A stretch of 64,000 bases of DNA, from assembly GCA_035604455.1 (NCBI GenBank), contig DATNIM010000042.1, forward strand, positions 33,444 to 97,443, in the 5' to 3' direction. Of the stretch, positions 30,757 through 39,780 are shown piece by piece. The translations under genes and the position numbers were made by a program. The DNA is from Gemmatimonadales bacterium (lineage in GTDB: Bacteria; Gemmatimonadota; Gemmatimonadetes; Gemmatimonadales; GWC2-71-9). Every line of letters begins with the position of its first letter. The stretch's first letter is position 1. The notes under the pieces are model-generated. The model made no database searches. It was not told the DNA's origin and was given only the letters and a program-made list of their open reading frames with translations.

Positions 30757-30842
30757 CATGGCTTTCCCGAAGTTGTTCTAACTGCTATATTTACCGCTCA
30801 CCAGCGTTAGCTGCATAAGTTGTTGCGGCACAGTGAGTTGCC

Positions 30843-31658
30843 ATGTCACGCGTGATCGCGATCGCCAACCAGAAGGGCGGTGTCGGAAAAACGACGACCG
30901 CCGTGAACCTCGCCGCGTCGCTCGCCACGGCGGAGCGCCGCACGCTGCTCGTGGATGCGGATCCGCAGGCGAACACGACGAGCGGCGTCGGCATCGAACG
31001 CGATCGCGTGCGGCATTCGCTCTACGACGTGCTGCTCGAAGGGCGGGCGCTCGCGGACGTCCGGTTTCCCCACGTGCACTTCCCCTACCTCGACCTCGTG
31101 CCGGCGACGCAGGACCTGGTGGGCGCGGAGCTCGAGCTCGTCGGCCGACAGTCGCGCGAGCAGCTGATGCGGCGCGCGCTCGCGGGCCTGCGCGACCACT
31201 ACCAGTACGTCATCATCGATTGTCCCCCCTCGCTCGGGCTCGTGACGCTCAACATGCTCGCCGCGGCCGACAGCGTCCTGATCCCGATCCAGTGCGAATA
31301 CTACGCGCTCGAGGGACTGTCGCAGCTCTTGAACACGGTCAAGCTCGTGCAGCGCAACTTCAACCCCGCGCTCGCGATCGACGGGGTGCTGCTCACCATG
31401 TACGACGCGCGCCTGAACCTGTGCAAACAGGTGGCCGCGGAAGCCAAGGAGTACTTCGGGCCGCGCATGTTCGAGGTCTCGATCCCCCGCAACGTCCGGC
31501 TGGCGGAAGCCCCGAGCTTCGGCAAGCCGATCCTGTTGTACGACGTGCAGTCGGTCGGGGCGCGGAGCTACCTGGCCGTTGCCCAGGAGCTGATTCGTCG
31601 TGTTGAACACTCCCCCACCCCTGCCCCGCTCGCCACGCTCCCGGAGGTGCCCGCATGA
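30843..31658 (+). CDS. parA: Chromosome partitioning ATPase ParA/Soj
   Basis: Deviant Walker A ANQKGGVGKTTTAVNLA, and DCPPSLG. Confidence 0.95.
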   Translation: MSRVIAIANQKGGVGKTTTAVNLAASLATAERRTLLVDADPQANTTSGVGIERDRVRHSLYDVLLEGRALADVRFPHVHFPYLDLVPATQDLVGAELELVGRQSREQLMRRALAGLRDHYQYVIIDCPPSLGLVTLNMLAAADSVLIPIQCEYYALEGLSQLLNTVKLVQRNFNPALAIDGVLLTMYDARLNLCKQVAAEAKEYFGPRMFEVSIPRNVRLAEAPSFGKPILLYDVQSVGARSYLAVAQELIRRVEHSPTPAPLATLPEVPA

Positions 31659-32545
31659 CTGACGTCGGCGTTGGACGTCGCCGTCTCGGCCGCGGACTCG
31701 AAGCCCTGCTCGGCCCGACCCGCGAGGAAGCGGAGAAGGACGGCAGCTTGACCGAACTCGGGGTTCAGGAGATCCGGCCCAACCCCTTCCAGCCGCGCCG
31801 CACCGTGGACCCGACCGCGCTGGAGGAGCTCAAGGCATCGATCCGCCAGGCGGGGTTGCTGCAGCCCATCGTGGTCCGCCCGCTCCCGGACAACTCAGGC
31901 TACGAACTGATCGCCGGCGAGCGGAGATTGCGGGCCTGCGAGAGTCTGGGGTGGCAGCGGATCCCCGCCGTCACGCGCGCCGTCGACGACCGGACGGCGC
32001 TCACGCTGGCCCTGATCGAGAACCTGCAGCGCGACGATCTGTCGCCGGTCGACGAAGCCCGCGGGTATGAGCGGCTGATCGCCGAGTTCCAGCTGGCACA
32101 GCAGGACGTGGCCGACGCCGTGGGCCGCGATCGCTCGACCGTCACCAACGCGCTCCGCCTGCTCAAGCTGCCGCCCGCCGTGCTCGAGATGTTGCACGAG
32201 GGCGCGCTGTCGGTCGGGCACGCGCGGGCGCTGCTCGGGCTCGAGGATACGCGGCTCGTGACGACGCTCGCGCGCGAAGCGGCGGGGCAGGGGTTGTCGG
32301 TGCGCGAGGTCGAGGACCGAGTGCGGGGCGGACGCGCGCCGGAGAGGCGGCCGCGGATGAAGCGCGGGGTCGGCGCCGCACCTGAGGTCCGGCGGGTGGA
32401 GGACGCACTGCGGCGCCGGCTCGGGACCGACATCCGGGTCACGCTGCGCGGCAAGGGGAAGGGTCAGTTGCACATCGCGTTCTACTCGAACGACGACCTG
32501 GCCCGGTTGCTCGAGCTCATTCTCGGACGGCCGTTCGACGGATGA
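31655..32545 (+). CDS. parB: Chromosome partitioning protein ParB/Spo0J
   Basis: ParB box IRPNPFQPRR and LIAGERRLRA, with an HTH (QQDVADAVGRDRSTVTNALRLL). ATGA overlap with parA. Confidence 0.95.
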   Translation: MTDVGVGRRRLGRGLEALLGPTREEAEKDGSLTELGVQEIRPNPFQPRRTVDPTALEELKASIRQAGLLQPIVVRPLPDNSGYELIAGERRLRACESLGWQRIPAVTRAVDDRTALTLALIENLQRDDLSPVDEARGYERLIAEFQLAQQDVADAVGRDRSTVTNALRLLKLPPAVLEMLHEGALSVGHARALLGLEDTRLVTTLAREAAGQGLSVREVEDRVRGGRAPERRPRMKRGVGAAPEVRRVEDALRRRLGTDIRVTLRGKGKGQLHIAFYSNDDLARLLELILGRPFDG

Positions 32546-33330
32546 GCGGGCGCCGCGTCACGGTCGTCATCCACGTGGACGGCGATCTCGCGTCCCGTCA
32601 GTATCGGCTGCCGTTGTGGGTCTTCGACGTGGGACGCTGGGGCGCGGTCGTGGTCGTCCTCTTGGTCGTGTTGTTCTTCGCGTTCGCCGAACCGCTCGCG
32701 CAGGCCGCGGCCCGGGTGCCGGGGCTCGAGCGGGAGGTGGCGCGCTTGGACGAGGAGAACGCGCGCGTCGCGCGCCTCGCGACCGAGCTCAACCACGCCG
32801 AGGCGCACTACCAGGAGCTCCGCGACCTGCTGAGTCCGCGGGCGCCGACGGCGCCGCTCCCTGGGCCCGAGCCGATGCGAGCGCCGCCCGTGGTCGCGAG
32901 CCCCGTGGTGTCGCCGCCCCGCTACGAGACGGGTCCGTCCGCGCCCACGCACTGGCCGCTCGCCGTGGCCGGGTTTGTCACCCGAGGCCAGGTCGCCCGT
33001 CCTGATTCCGGGGGTGAAACGCACGCCGGCATCGACATCGCCGTCCCGCTCGGGTCGGCGGTGCGTGCGGCGGGCGGGGGGCTCGTGGAAACGGCGGGCA
33101 TGGACTCAGCCTACGGGCTGTACGTGCTGGTGCGTCATCCCAACGGCTACGAAACGCTCTACGGCCATGCGTCCCGCTTGCTCGTGCATGATGGCGATTC
33201 GGTGACGGCGGGGCAGGTCATCGCTCTCTCCGGCAACTCGGGCCGCTCGACCGCGCCGCATTTGCATTTCGAAATCAGGCGCGATGGCGCCGCGATCGAT
33301 CCGCTCACCCTCGTGGCGCAGGAGAACTGA
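32542..33330 (+). CDS. Membrane-anchored M23 (LytM-type) peptidoglycan endopeptidase
   Basis: N-terminal TM helix, a coiled coil (EREVARLDEENARVARL), then an M23 domain with intact ligands (HAGIDIA...HLHFEI). ATGA overlap with parB. Confidence 0.88.
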   Translation: MSGRRVTVVIHVDGDLASRQYRLPLWVFDVGRWGAVVVVLLVVLFFAFAEPLAQAAARVPGLEREVARLDEENARVARLATELNHAEAHYQELRDLLSPRAPTAPLPGPEPMRAPPVVASPVVSPPRYETGPSAPTHWPLAVAGFVTRGQVARPDSGGETHAGIDIAVPLGSAVRAAGGGLVETAGMDSAYGLYVLVRHPNGYETLYGHASRLLVHDGDSVTAGQVIALSGNSGRSTAPHLHFEIRRDGAAIDPLTLVAQEN

Positions 33331-33331
33331 C

Positions 33332-33733
33332 ATGGCGGTCTTTACCGAGAAGGGGCAGCGCACAGACTCGGAATCGACGCTCTCGATCATCGGCACCGGC
33401 ATGCGGGTGGTCGGCGACATCACGGCCGACGGCGTCGTGAAGATCGAGGGCACGGTCGTGGGTACCGTTCGAGCGGGCCGGCAAGTACTCGTGGCCAAGG
33501 GCGGGGAGGTGGAGGGCGACGTGATCGCCAAGGAGGCGATTATCGGCGGCGAGGTGCGCGGGACGGTGGTCGCCCAGGAGCGGGCCGAGATCCAGAGCTC
33601 GAGCGTCATCCACGGGGATGTCACGTGCAAGCGATTGCTCGTTCAGGAGGGCGGGGAGATCAACGGGGTCGTCCGCATGGGCGAAACCGCCACCGACAGC
33701 CGCGAGGATGGGGCTCCCGCCAAGGTTTTCTAG
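33332..33733 (+). CDS. Bactofilin (DUF583 polymer-forming cytoskeletal protein)
   Basis: Starts at MAVFTEK, 1 nt after the M23 stop. Repetitive beta-helix pattern (GTVVGTV...GEVEGDVIAKEAIIGGEVRGTVVAQERAEIQSSSVIHGDVTCKRLLVQEGGEINGVV). Confidence 0.88.
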   Translation: MAVFTEKGQRTDSESTLSIIGTGMRVVGDITADGVVKIEGTVVGTVRAGRQVLVAKGGEVEGDVIAKEAIIGGEVRGTVVAQERAEIQSSSVIHGDVTCKRLLVQEGGEINGVVRMGETATDSREDGAPAKVF

Positions 33734-33746
33734 CCACCGTTGCGGA

Positions 33747-33829
33747 TTATCCACACAATCATGTTTCGCGGATGTGGATTGTCTAACGTCCATGCTGACA
33801 AGCAATTAGACGATCGTACGTGTGGACAA
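33747..33829. other. Cluster of three DnaA boxes in an AT-rich spacer
   Basis: TTATCCACA (33747-33755, perfect). ATGTGGATT (33772-33780), which is AATCCACAT on the other strand. TGTGGACAA (33821-33829), which is TTGTCCACA, one mismatch. By hand count the 33734-33884 spacer is about 45% G+C. Confidence 0.6.
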
Positions 33830-33884
33830 ACCTATGGCGATGCCATGAAACTGTCGTTTTAGTGTCTAGATAGTGTTCTAACTA

Positions 33885-34646
33885 GTGGGCACCATGATTC
33901 TGACCGAGCTGGTCACATACCTCGATCAGTACCTTCGCCTGTCGGACGTGGGCGACGCCCCAGCTGCCTGGAACGGCCTGCAAGTCGAAAACAGCGGTGC
34001 GGTCGAGCGCCTTGGGGCGGCGGTCGACGCTTGCGAACGGACGATCGCGCTGGCTGCCGAGGCGCGCGTGGGCCTGCTCCTCGTCCACCACGGTCTCTTC
34101 TGGGACGGCCTGCCGCCCGTGCGCGGACCCCGATACCGGCGGCTCGCGGGACTGATCCGCCACGACATCGCGCTCTATAGCGCGCACCTGCCGCTCGATG
34201 CGCATCCGGAGGTGGGGAACAACGTGCTCCTCGCACGCGAGCTCGGCCTCGTCGTGCGCGGCCCCTTCGGGACGTTCTATGGCGGCGCCGCGGGCGTCTG
34301 GGGCGACCTGGTACTCTCGCGTGACGCGCTCGCGGCGCGGCTCGCTCGCGTGCTCGGCGCGCCTCCGCGCGTGCTCGCGTGCGGTCCCGAGGAGACGCGC
34401 CGCGTGGGCATCGTCACCGGGGCAGGGGGCTCGGCGATTGCGGAGGCAGCCGCGGCGGGACTCGACACGTTGGTCACGGGTGAGGGCGCGCACCACACCT
34501 TCTTCGCCGCCGAAGAGCTCGGCGTCAACGCTTTCTACGGGGGGCATTACGCGACCGAAACGCTCGGCGTCAAAGCCCTGAGCGCCCATCTCGCCGCCCG
34601 TTTTGGAATTCCCTGGACCTTCCTCGACCACCCGACCGGTCTTTAG
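33885..34646 (+). CDS. Nif3-like dinuclear-metal-centre protein (GTP cyclohydrolase I type 2 family)
   Basis: ILTELVTYLDQYL...NGLQVE...LLLVHHGLFW...YSAHLPLDAHPEVGNN...GGHYATE. The start is either GTG 33885 or ATG 33894. Confidence 0.85.
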   Translation: MGTMILTELVTYLDQYLRLSDVGDAPAAWNGLQVENSGAVERLGAAVDACERTIALAAEARVGLLLVHHGLFWDGLPPVRGPRYRRLAGLIRHDIALYSAHLPLDAHPEVGNNVLLARELGLVVRGPFGTFYGGAAGVWGDLVLSRDALAARLARVLGAPPRVLACGPEETRRVGIVTGAGGSAIAEAAAAGLDTLVTGEGAHHTFFAAEELGVNAFYGGHYATETLGVKALSAHLAARFGIPWTFLDHPTGL

Positions 34647-34717
34647 CGCGCGCCCATCACGGCCCGCGCGGCTTTCGGAATCCCTGGCCGGACGCTCGGC
34701 CCCAGGGGTTCGGCGCC

Positions 34718-35608
34718 GTGCTCAAGTGGAAATTCTCGACCCGGTTCGGCATTCGCCCGCGCGAGACCCCGCCGCCAACCGTCCGGCCCGACATTCCCAA
34801 GCTCGACCGGTCGGCGCTCGGGCTCACCTGGGTGGGGCACGCGACGTTCCTCGTGCAGACCGGCGGCATGACCCTGCTCACGGACCCGATGTGGAGCGAG
34901 CGCGCGTCGCCCGTGGCCTTCGCGGGTCCGCGTCGCGTGGTGTCGGCCGCCCTGCCGTTCGACGAGCTGCCCCCGATCGATCTCGTGCTCATTTCGCACA
35001 ACCACTACGACCACCTGGACTCGCGGACCGTTCGTCGCCTCGCGCAAACGCATCCCCGCGCGCGCTGGGTCGTGCCGCTCGGTCTCTCGACCTTCGTCCG
35101 GCAACGCGGTGTCGCGGACGTCCGGGAGCTCGATTGGTGGGAGACGGCGACGGAGGGACCGCTCGAGATCGGCTGCACGCCGGCGCAGCACTTCAGCGCG
35201 CGGACGATGGCCGACCGAAACCGGAGCCTGTGGTGCGGCTTCACGGTTCGCGCGGCCGGGCGGAGGCTCTACTTCGCCGGCGACACAGCGTACCATCCCG
35301 AGTTCGCCCGGATCGCCGAGCGCTTCGGCCCGTTCGACGCCGCGCTGCTGCCCATCGGCGCCTACGAGCCGCGCTGGTTCATGCGGGTCGTCCACATGAA
35401 CCCCGCGGACGCGGTGCAAGCCTTTATCGACCTCAGGCGTGGAGCGCCCGCGACGCGACTGATGGTCGGGATGCATTGGGGCACGTTCCGGCTCGCCGAT
35501 GAGCCCGTGCTCGAGCCGCCTATACGGGTTCGTGACGCGTGGCGCGCGGCAGGGCTTGCATCCGAGGACCTGTGGGTCCCCGTGCACGGCGAGTCGCGGG
35601 TGATCTGA
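34718..35608 (+). CDS. MBL-fold metallo-hydrolase (NAPE-PLD-like)
   Basis: LTWVGHATFLVQ...LISHNHYDHLD...FAGDTAY...MHWGTF. Confidence 0.8.
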   Translation: MLKWKFSTRFGIRPRETPPPTVRPDIPKLDRSALGLTWVGHATFLVQTGGMTLLTDPMWSERASPVAFAGPRRVVSAALPFDELPPIDLVLISHNHYDHLDSRTVRRLAQTHPRARWVVPLGLSTFVRQRGVADVRELDWWETATEGPLEIGCTPAQHFSARTMADRNRSLWCGFTVRAAGRRLYFAGDTAYHPEFARIAERFGPFDAALLPIGAYEPRWFMRVVHMNPADAVQAFIDLRRGAPATRLMVGMHWGTFRLADEPVLEPPIRVRDAWRAAGLASEDLWVPVHGESRVI

Positions 35609-35611
35609 GCG

Positions 35612-36511
35612 CTAGACCTGTTCGCCAAGCGCCCGGGCGTTGCGCTTGAGCCCCTCTGGTCCCGCGCGCTCAAGCGCGGTGTCGCGAAACCGGGCTCGGA
35701 GATCCGCGGAGTCCGCGCCCAGCAGGTCCGCGAGCGACGGGTGCGCGAGCTCCGGGCGCGGGGCCAGCTCTGGATCCGTAGTAGCCTTCGCGAATCGCAC
35801 GTTCCACGGACACACGTCCTGGCAGACGTCGCAACCGAACACCCAACCGTCGAGGAGCGCGCCGTCGCCCGGGGTGAATGCGCCCCGGTGTTCGATCGTG
35901 AGGTAGGCGATGCAGCGACGGGCGTCGAGCTCGTGGGGCGCGGGGAACGCGTCCGTGGGACAGGCGTCGACGCACCGGCGGCAGGAGCCGCAGCGATCGG
36001 CTTCGAAGGGCAGGTCGGGCGCGAGCGCCGCGTCCGTCAGCACCACCCCGATGAACGTGAACGACCCAAGCCGTGGATTGATGAGGAGCGTGTTGTTGCC
36101 GATCCAACCGAGCCCCGCGCGCTGCGCGAGCTCGCGCTCCGGCACGGGCCCTGCGTCGACGTAACAGCGGGTGCTGGCCCCGGGCACGGGGGTCGTGATC
36201 TCGCGGGCGAGCTCCGCGAGTCGCGGCTTGAGTACGGCGTGATAGTCCTTGGACCAGGCGTACTGTGCCACGCGGGGCGCCGTGTCCCGGTCGTCGCGAT
36301 GGTGGTAGTTCGTGAGTGTGACGACGGCGACCGTGGCGCCGGGGAGGATCGTCGCGGGCTCTTTGCGCTGCGGGGCTTGGCGCGCGACGTAGCTCATCGT
36401 GCCCGCGCGTCCCGCCGCGAGCCAGCGGTCGAGCTCTGTCTGGTAGCGGCTCGGTTCGAGCGTGGCGATGCCGGTGGCGCTGAATCCTAGGGCGGCCGCG
36501 CGGCGCTTCAC
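35612..36511 (-). CDS. queG: tRNA epoxyqueuosine(34) reductase
   Basis: Two 4Fe-4S motifs (CGSCRRCVDACP, CDVCQDVCPWN) and CIAYLTIE, characteristic of QueG. Confidence 0.85.
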   Translation of the reverse strand: MKRRAAALGFSATGIATLEPSRYQTELDRWLAAGRAGTMSYVARQAPQRKEPATILPGATVAVVTLTNYHHRDDRDTAPRVAQYAWSKDYHAVLKPRLAELAREITTPVPGASTRCYVDAGPVPERELAQRAGLGWIGNNTLLINPRLGSFTFIGVVLTDAALAPDLPFEADRCGSCRRCVDACPTDAFPAPHELDARRCIAYLTIEHRGAFTPGDGALLDGWVFGCDVCQDVCPWNVRFAKATTDPELAPRPELAHPSLADLLGADSADLRARFRDTALERAGPEGLKRNARALGEQV

Positions 36512-36534
36512 GGCGAGACTCCGTTCGAGCGCCG

Positions 36535-36798
36535 TCAGAGTCCCATCACCACCCGACGCCAGCGCGCAAAACGGATGACGTCCTCCACGGGAGGCACCGC
36601 GTTCTCGTCGCCGTAGATCGTCAGCATGCGCCAGCGCAGGTATTCACGGGGAGGGAGCGGCAGGAAGGGGAAGTGGCGATGCCAGCCGCGCGCTCGGAAA
36701 CTCCAAGCGAGGCGCGCGAGGTCGATCGCGACGCGCGGGCTCGCGAGCGCGCGCAGCCCGAGCCGGAAATAGAACGCGGGCCAGGATGCCGAACCCAT
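36535..36798 (-). CDS. Hypothetical protein (87 aa, Arg/Trp-rich)
   Basis: GC3-rich ORF 23 nt upstream of queG on the same strand. No domain recognised. Confidence 0.45.
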   Translation of the reverse strand: MGSASWPAFYFRLGLRALASPRVAIDLARLAWSFRARGWHRHFPFLPLPPREYLRWRMLTIYGDENAVPPVEDVIRFARWRRVVMGL

Positions 36799-36877
36799 CG
36801 CGCGAAATGTATATGCATCCGCCGTGTCCGCTCGTTCGGGCTTCCTGTATATTCCCGGCCACTATCCCGGGGGCGCT

Positions 36878-37624
<747 letters not shown>

Positions 37625-37626
37625 GA

Positions 37627-38757
37627 ATGGCCTCGAAGGAATTTCTGCGCGGCGCGCGGATTGACCCCCGGCCGCTCACCGGTCGGGAGACGATCCCCGA
37701 GCTCATCGACAACGCGTTCCTCGCCTACAACGCCGGCCGGCTGGGCGAGGCCTGTCGGCTCTTCACGGAGCGCATGCTCGCGCCCGAGTCCACGGTGGGC
37801 ATGAGTTTGACGGGCGCGATGACGCCGGCCGGGCTCGGGATGTCGACCATCATCCCGCTCCTCGAGGCGGGGTTCGTGGACTGGGTGGTGTCGACCGGTG
37901 CCAACCTCTACCACGACGCCCATTTCGGCCTCGGGCTCGCGATGCACCGCGGGACCCCGTTTGCCGACGACGTCACGCTGCGTGAGCACGGGGTCGTCCG
38001 CATCTACGACATTTTCTTCAACTATGAAGTGCTGCTCTCGACCGACGCCTACATCCGGCAAGTCTCGGCCCGCCCCGAGTTCCAGCGGTCCATGAGCACC
38101 GCCGAATATCACTATCTCCTCGGGGGCTATGTCCTTGAGCGCGAGAAGGCGCTCGGTCTCACGCGCCGGTCGGTACTCGCCGCGGCGCACGCGGCCGGCG
38201 TGCCGATCTACACCTCCTCGCCCGGCGACTCCTCGATCGGCATGAACGTGGCGGAGCAGGCCCTCGCGGGGAGCAAGCTGCGCTTCGACGTGAGCGCGGA
38301 CGTGAACGAAACGTCGGCCATCGTGTTCCGCGCCAAGGCGAACGGCGGCAAGAGCGGCGTGCTGCTCGTAGGTGGTGGGAGCCCGAAGAATTTCGTGCTG
38401 CAGACCGAGCCGCAGCTGCAGGAGGTGCTCGGGATCGCCGAAAGCGGGCACGACTACTACCTGCAGATCACGGACGCGCGGCCGGACACGGGCGGGCTCT
38501 CCGGCGCGACGCCGGCCGAGGCGGTGAGCTGGGGGAAGGTCGACCCCGACCAGCTCCCGGGGACGGTCGTGTGCTACCTCGATTCCACGGTCGGTCTGCC
38601 GCTGCTCGCGAGCTATGCGCTCGCCCGGCGAGCGCCACGGCCGCTCAAGCGGCTGTACCACGAGCGGGAGTCCATGTTCCGCACCCTCGTCGACGAGTAC
38701 CATGCCGCCCGGGCCGCCCGCGACGAGCGGGCCCGCGCCGCCGGCGGGCCCGCCTGA
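37627..38757 (+). CDS. Deoxyhypusine synthase-like protein (DHS / homospermidine-synthase-like)
   Basis: 376 aa. [25 protein letters not shown], and the catalytic-lysine context AEAVSWGKV as in eukaryotic/archaeal DHS. It starts 2 nt after the LOG stop. Confidence 0.85.
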   Translation: MASKEFLRGARIDPRPLTGRETIPELIDNAFLAYNAGRLGEACRLFTERMLAPESTVGMSLTGAMTPAGLGMSTIIPLLEAGFVDWVVSTGANLYHDAHFGLGLAMHRGTPFADDVTLREHGVVRIYDIFFNYEVLLSTDAYIRQVSARPEFQRSMSTAEYHYLLGGYVLEREKALGLTRRSVLAAAHAAGVPIYTSSPGDSSIGMNVAEQALAGSKLRFDVSADVNETSAIVFRAKANGGKSGVLLVGGGSPKNFVLQTEPQLQEVLGIAESGHDYYLQITDARPDTGGLSGATPAEAVSWGKVDPDQLPGTVVCYLDSTVGLPLLASYALARRAPRPLKRLYHERESMFRTLVDEYHAARAARDERARAAGGPA

Positions 38758-38766
38758 GCGGCGCCC

Positions 38767-39780
38767 GTGAAGGTCGCCGTCGTCTTCGACGCGCTCCACC
38801 CGGAGTGGGAGGACGCCGACTACCAGAAAGCGGTCGCGGCCGGCGTCGATGAGGTGGAGTACGACGTAGCTCGGGCGCTCGTCGAAAACGGCCACGAGGT
38901 ATGTCTGATCGGCGTGCAGGACCGGCTGGCGCCGATGCTCGATCGGCTCGCCGCGTTTCAGCCCAAACTCGTCTTCAACGGCTGCGAAGCGTTCGCCGGG
39001 GCGGCGCGGCACGAGTACGCTGTCGCGGCGGTGCTCGAGATGCACGGCTACCGCTACACCGGCTCGTCGCCCACTGGCCTCCTCCTCGCCCGCAACAAGT
39101 CGCTCGCGAAGAAGATTCTCGCCTATCACGACATCCGGGTCCCCGCGTTCGCGGAGTTCGGGCCGGGCGAACCCGCGGTCCGACCCTCGGAGCTCCGGTT
39201 CCCACTCATCGTGAAGCCGCTCCTCGAAGACGCGTCGGTCGGGATCGCCCAGGCCTCGGTGGTCGACGACGACCAGAGCCTGCAGGAACGGGTGGCGTTC
39301 ATTCACGAGAAGTTCCGCCAGCCGGCCATCGTCGAGGAGCTCGTCGAGGGCCGGGAGCTGTACGTGGGGCTCCTCGGCAACGCGAAGCTCGAGGTCCTGC
39401 CCCTGATCGAGCTCACATTCGGGGACCAGGAGACGGGCGACCATCGCATCGCGACCTACAAGGCGAAGTGGGACGAGGAGTACCGCCGCCGGAAAGGCAT
39501 CCGGAACGTCTTCGCGAAGAGCGTGGCCGCGGACGTGGCGGCGCGCATCACGACTGCCTGCACGACCGCGTTCCGGGCCCTCCTGCTCCAGGACTACGGC
39601 CGGGTCGACGTACGGCTCGCGCACGACGACGAGGTCTACGTGCTCGAGGTGAACCCCAATCCCTTCATCGCCCGGGGACACGAGATGGCGGAGGCGGGCG
39701 AGAAGGCCGGGATGAGCTACCCGCGGTTCGTGCAGCGGATCGTCGATGCCGCACTCGAGCGGAGCCGTGGCGCATCGTAG
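38767..39780 (+). CDS. ATP-grasp ligase (D-Ala-D-Ala ligase-like family)
   Basis: KSLAKKILAYHDIRVP...FPLIVKPLLEDASVGI...ELVEGRELYVGLLGN...GRVDVRL...VYVLEVNPNP. GTG start 9 nt after the DHS-like stop. Confidence 0.85.
   Translation: MKVAVVFDALHPEWEDADYQKAVAAGVDEVEYDVARALVENGHEVCLIGVQDRLAPMLDRLAAFQPKLVFNGCEAFAGAARHEYAVAAVLEMHGYRYTGSSPTGLLLARNKSLAKKILAYHDIRVPAFAEFGPGEPAVRPSELRFPLIVKPLLEDASVGIAQASVVDDDQSLQERVAFIHEKFRQPAIVEELVEGRELYVGLLGNAKLEVLPLIELTFGDQETGDHRIATYKAKWDEEYRRRKGIRNVFAKSVAADVAARITTACTTAFRALLLQDYGRVDVRLAHDDEVYVLEVNPNPFIARGHEMAEAGEKAGMSYPRFVQRIVDAALERSRGAS

Noticed and set aside
33734-33884. Calling this spacer the chromosomal replication origin outright
   Set aside because: There are only three DnaA boxes in ~150 bp, no adjacent dnaA/dnaN, and the genes on both sides are mostly plus-strand, so no leading-strand switch is visible. 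It is kept as a DnaA-box cluster finding, not annotated as oriC.
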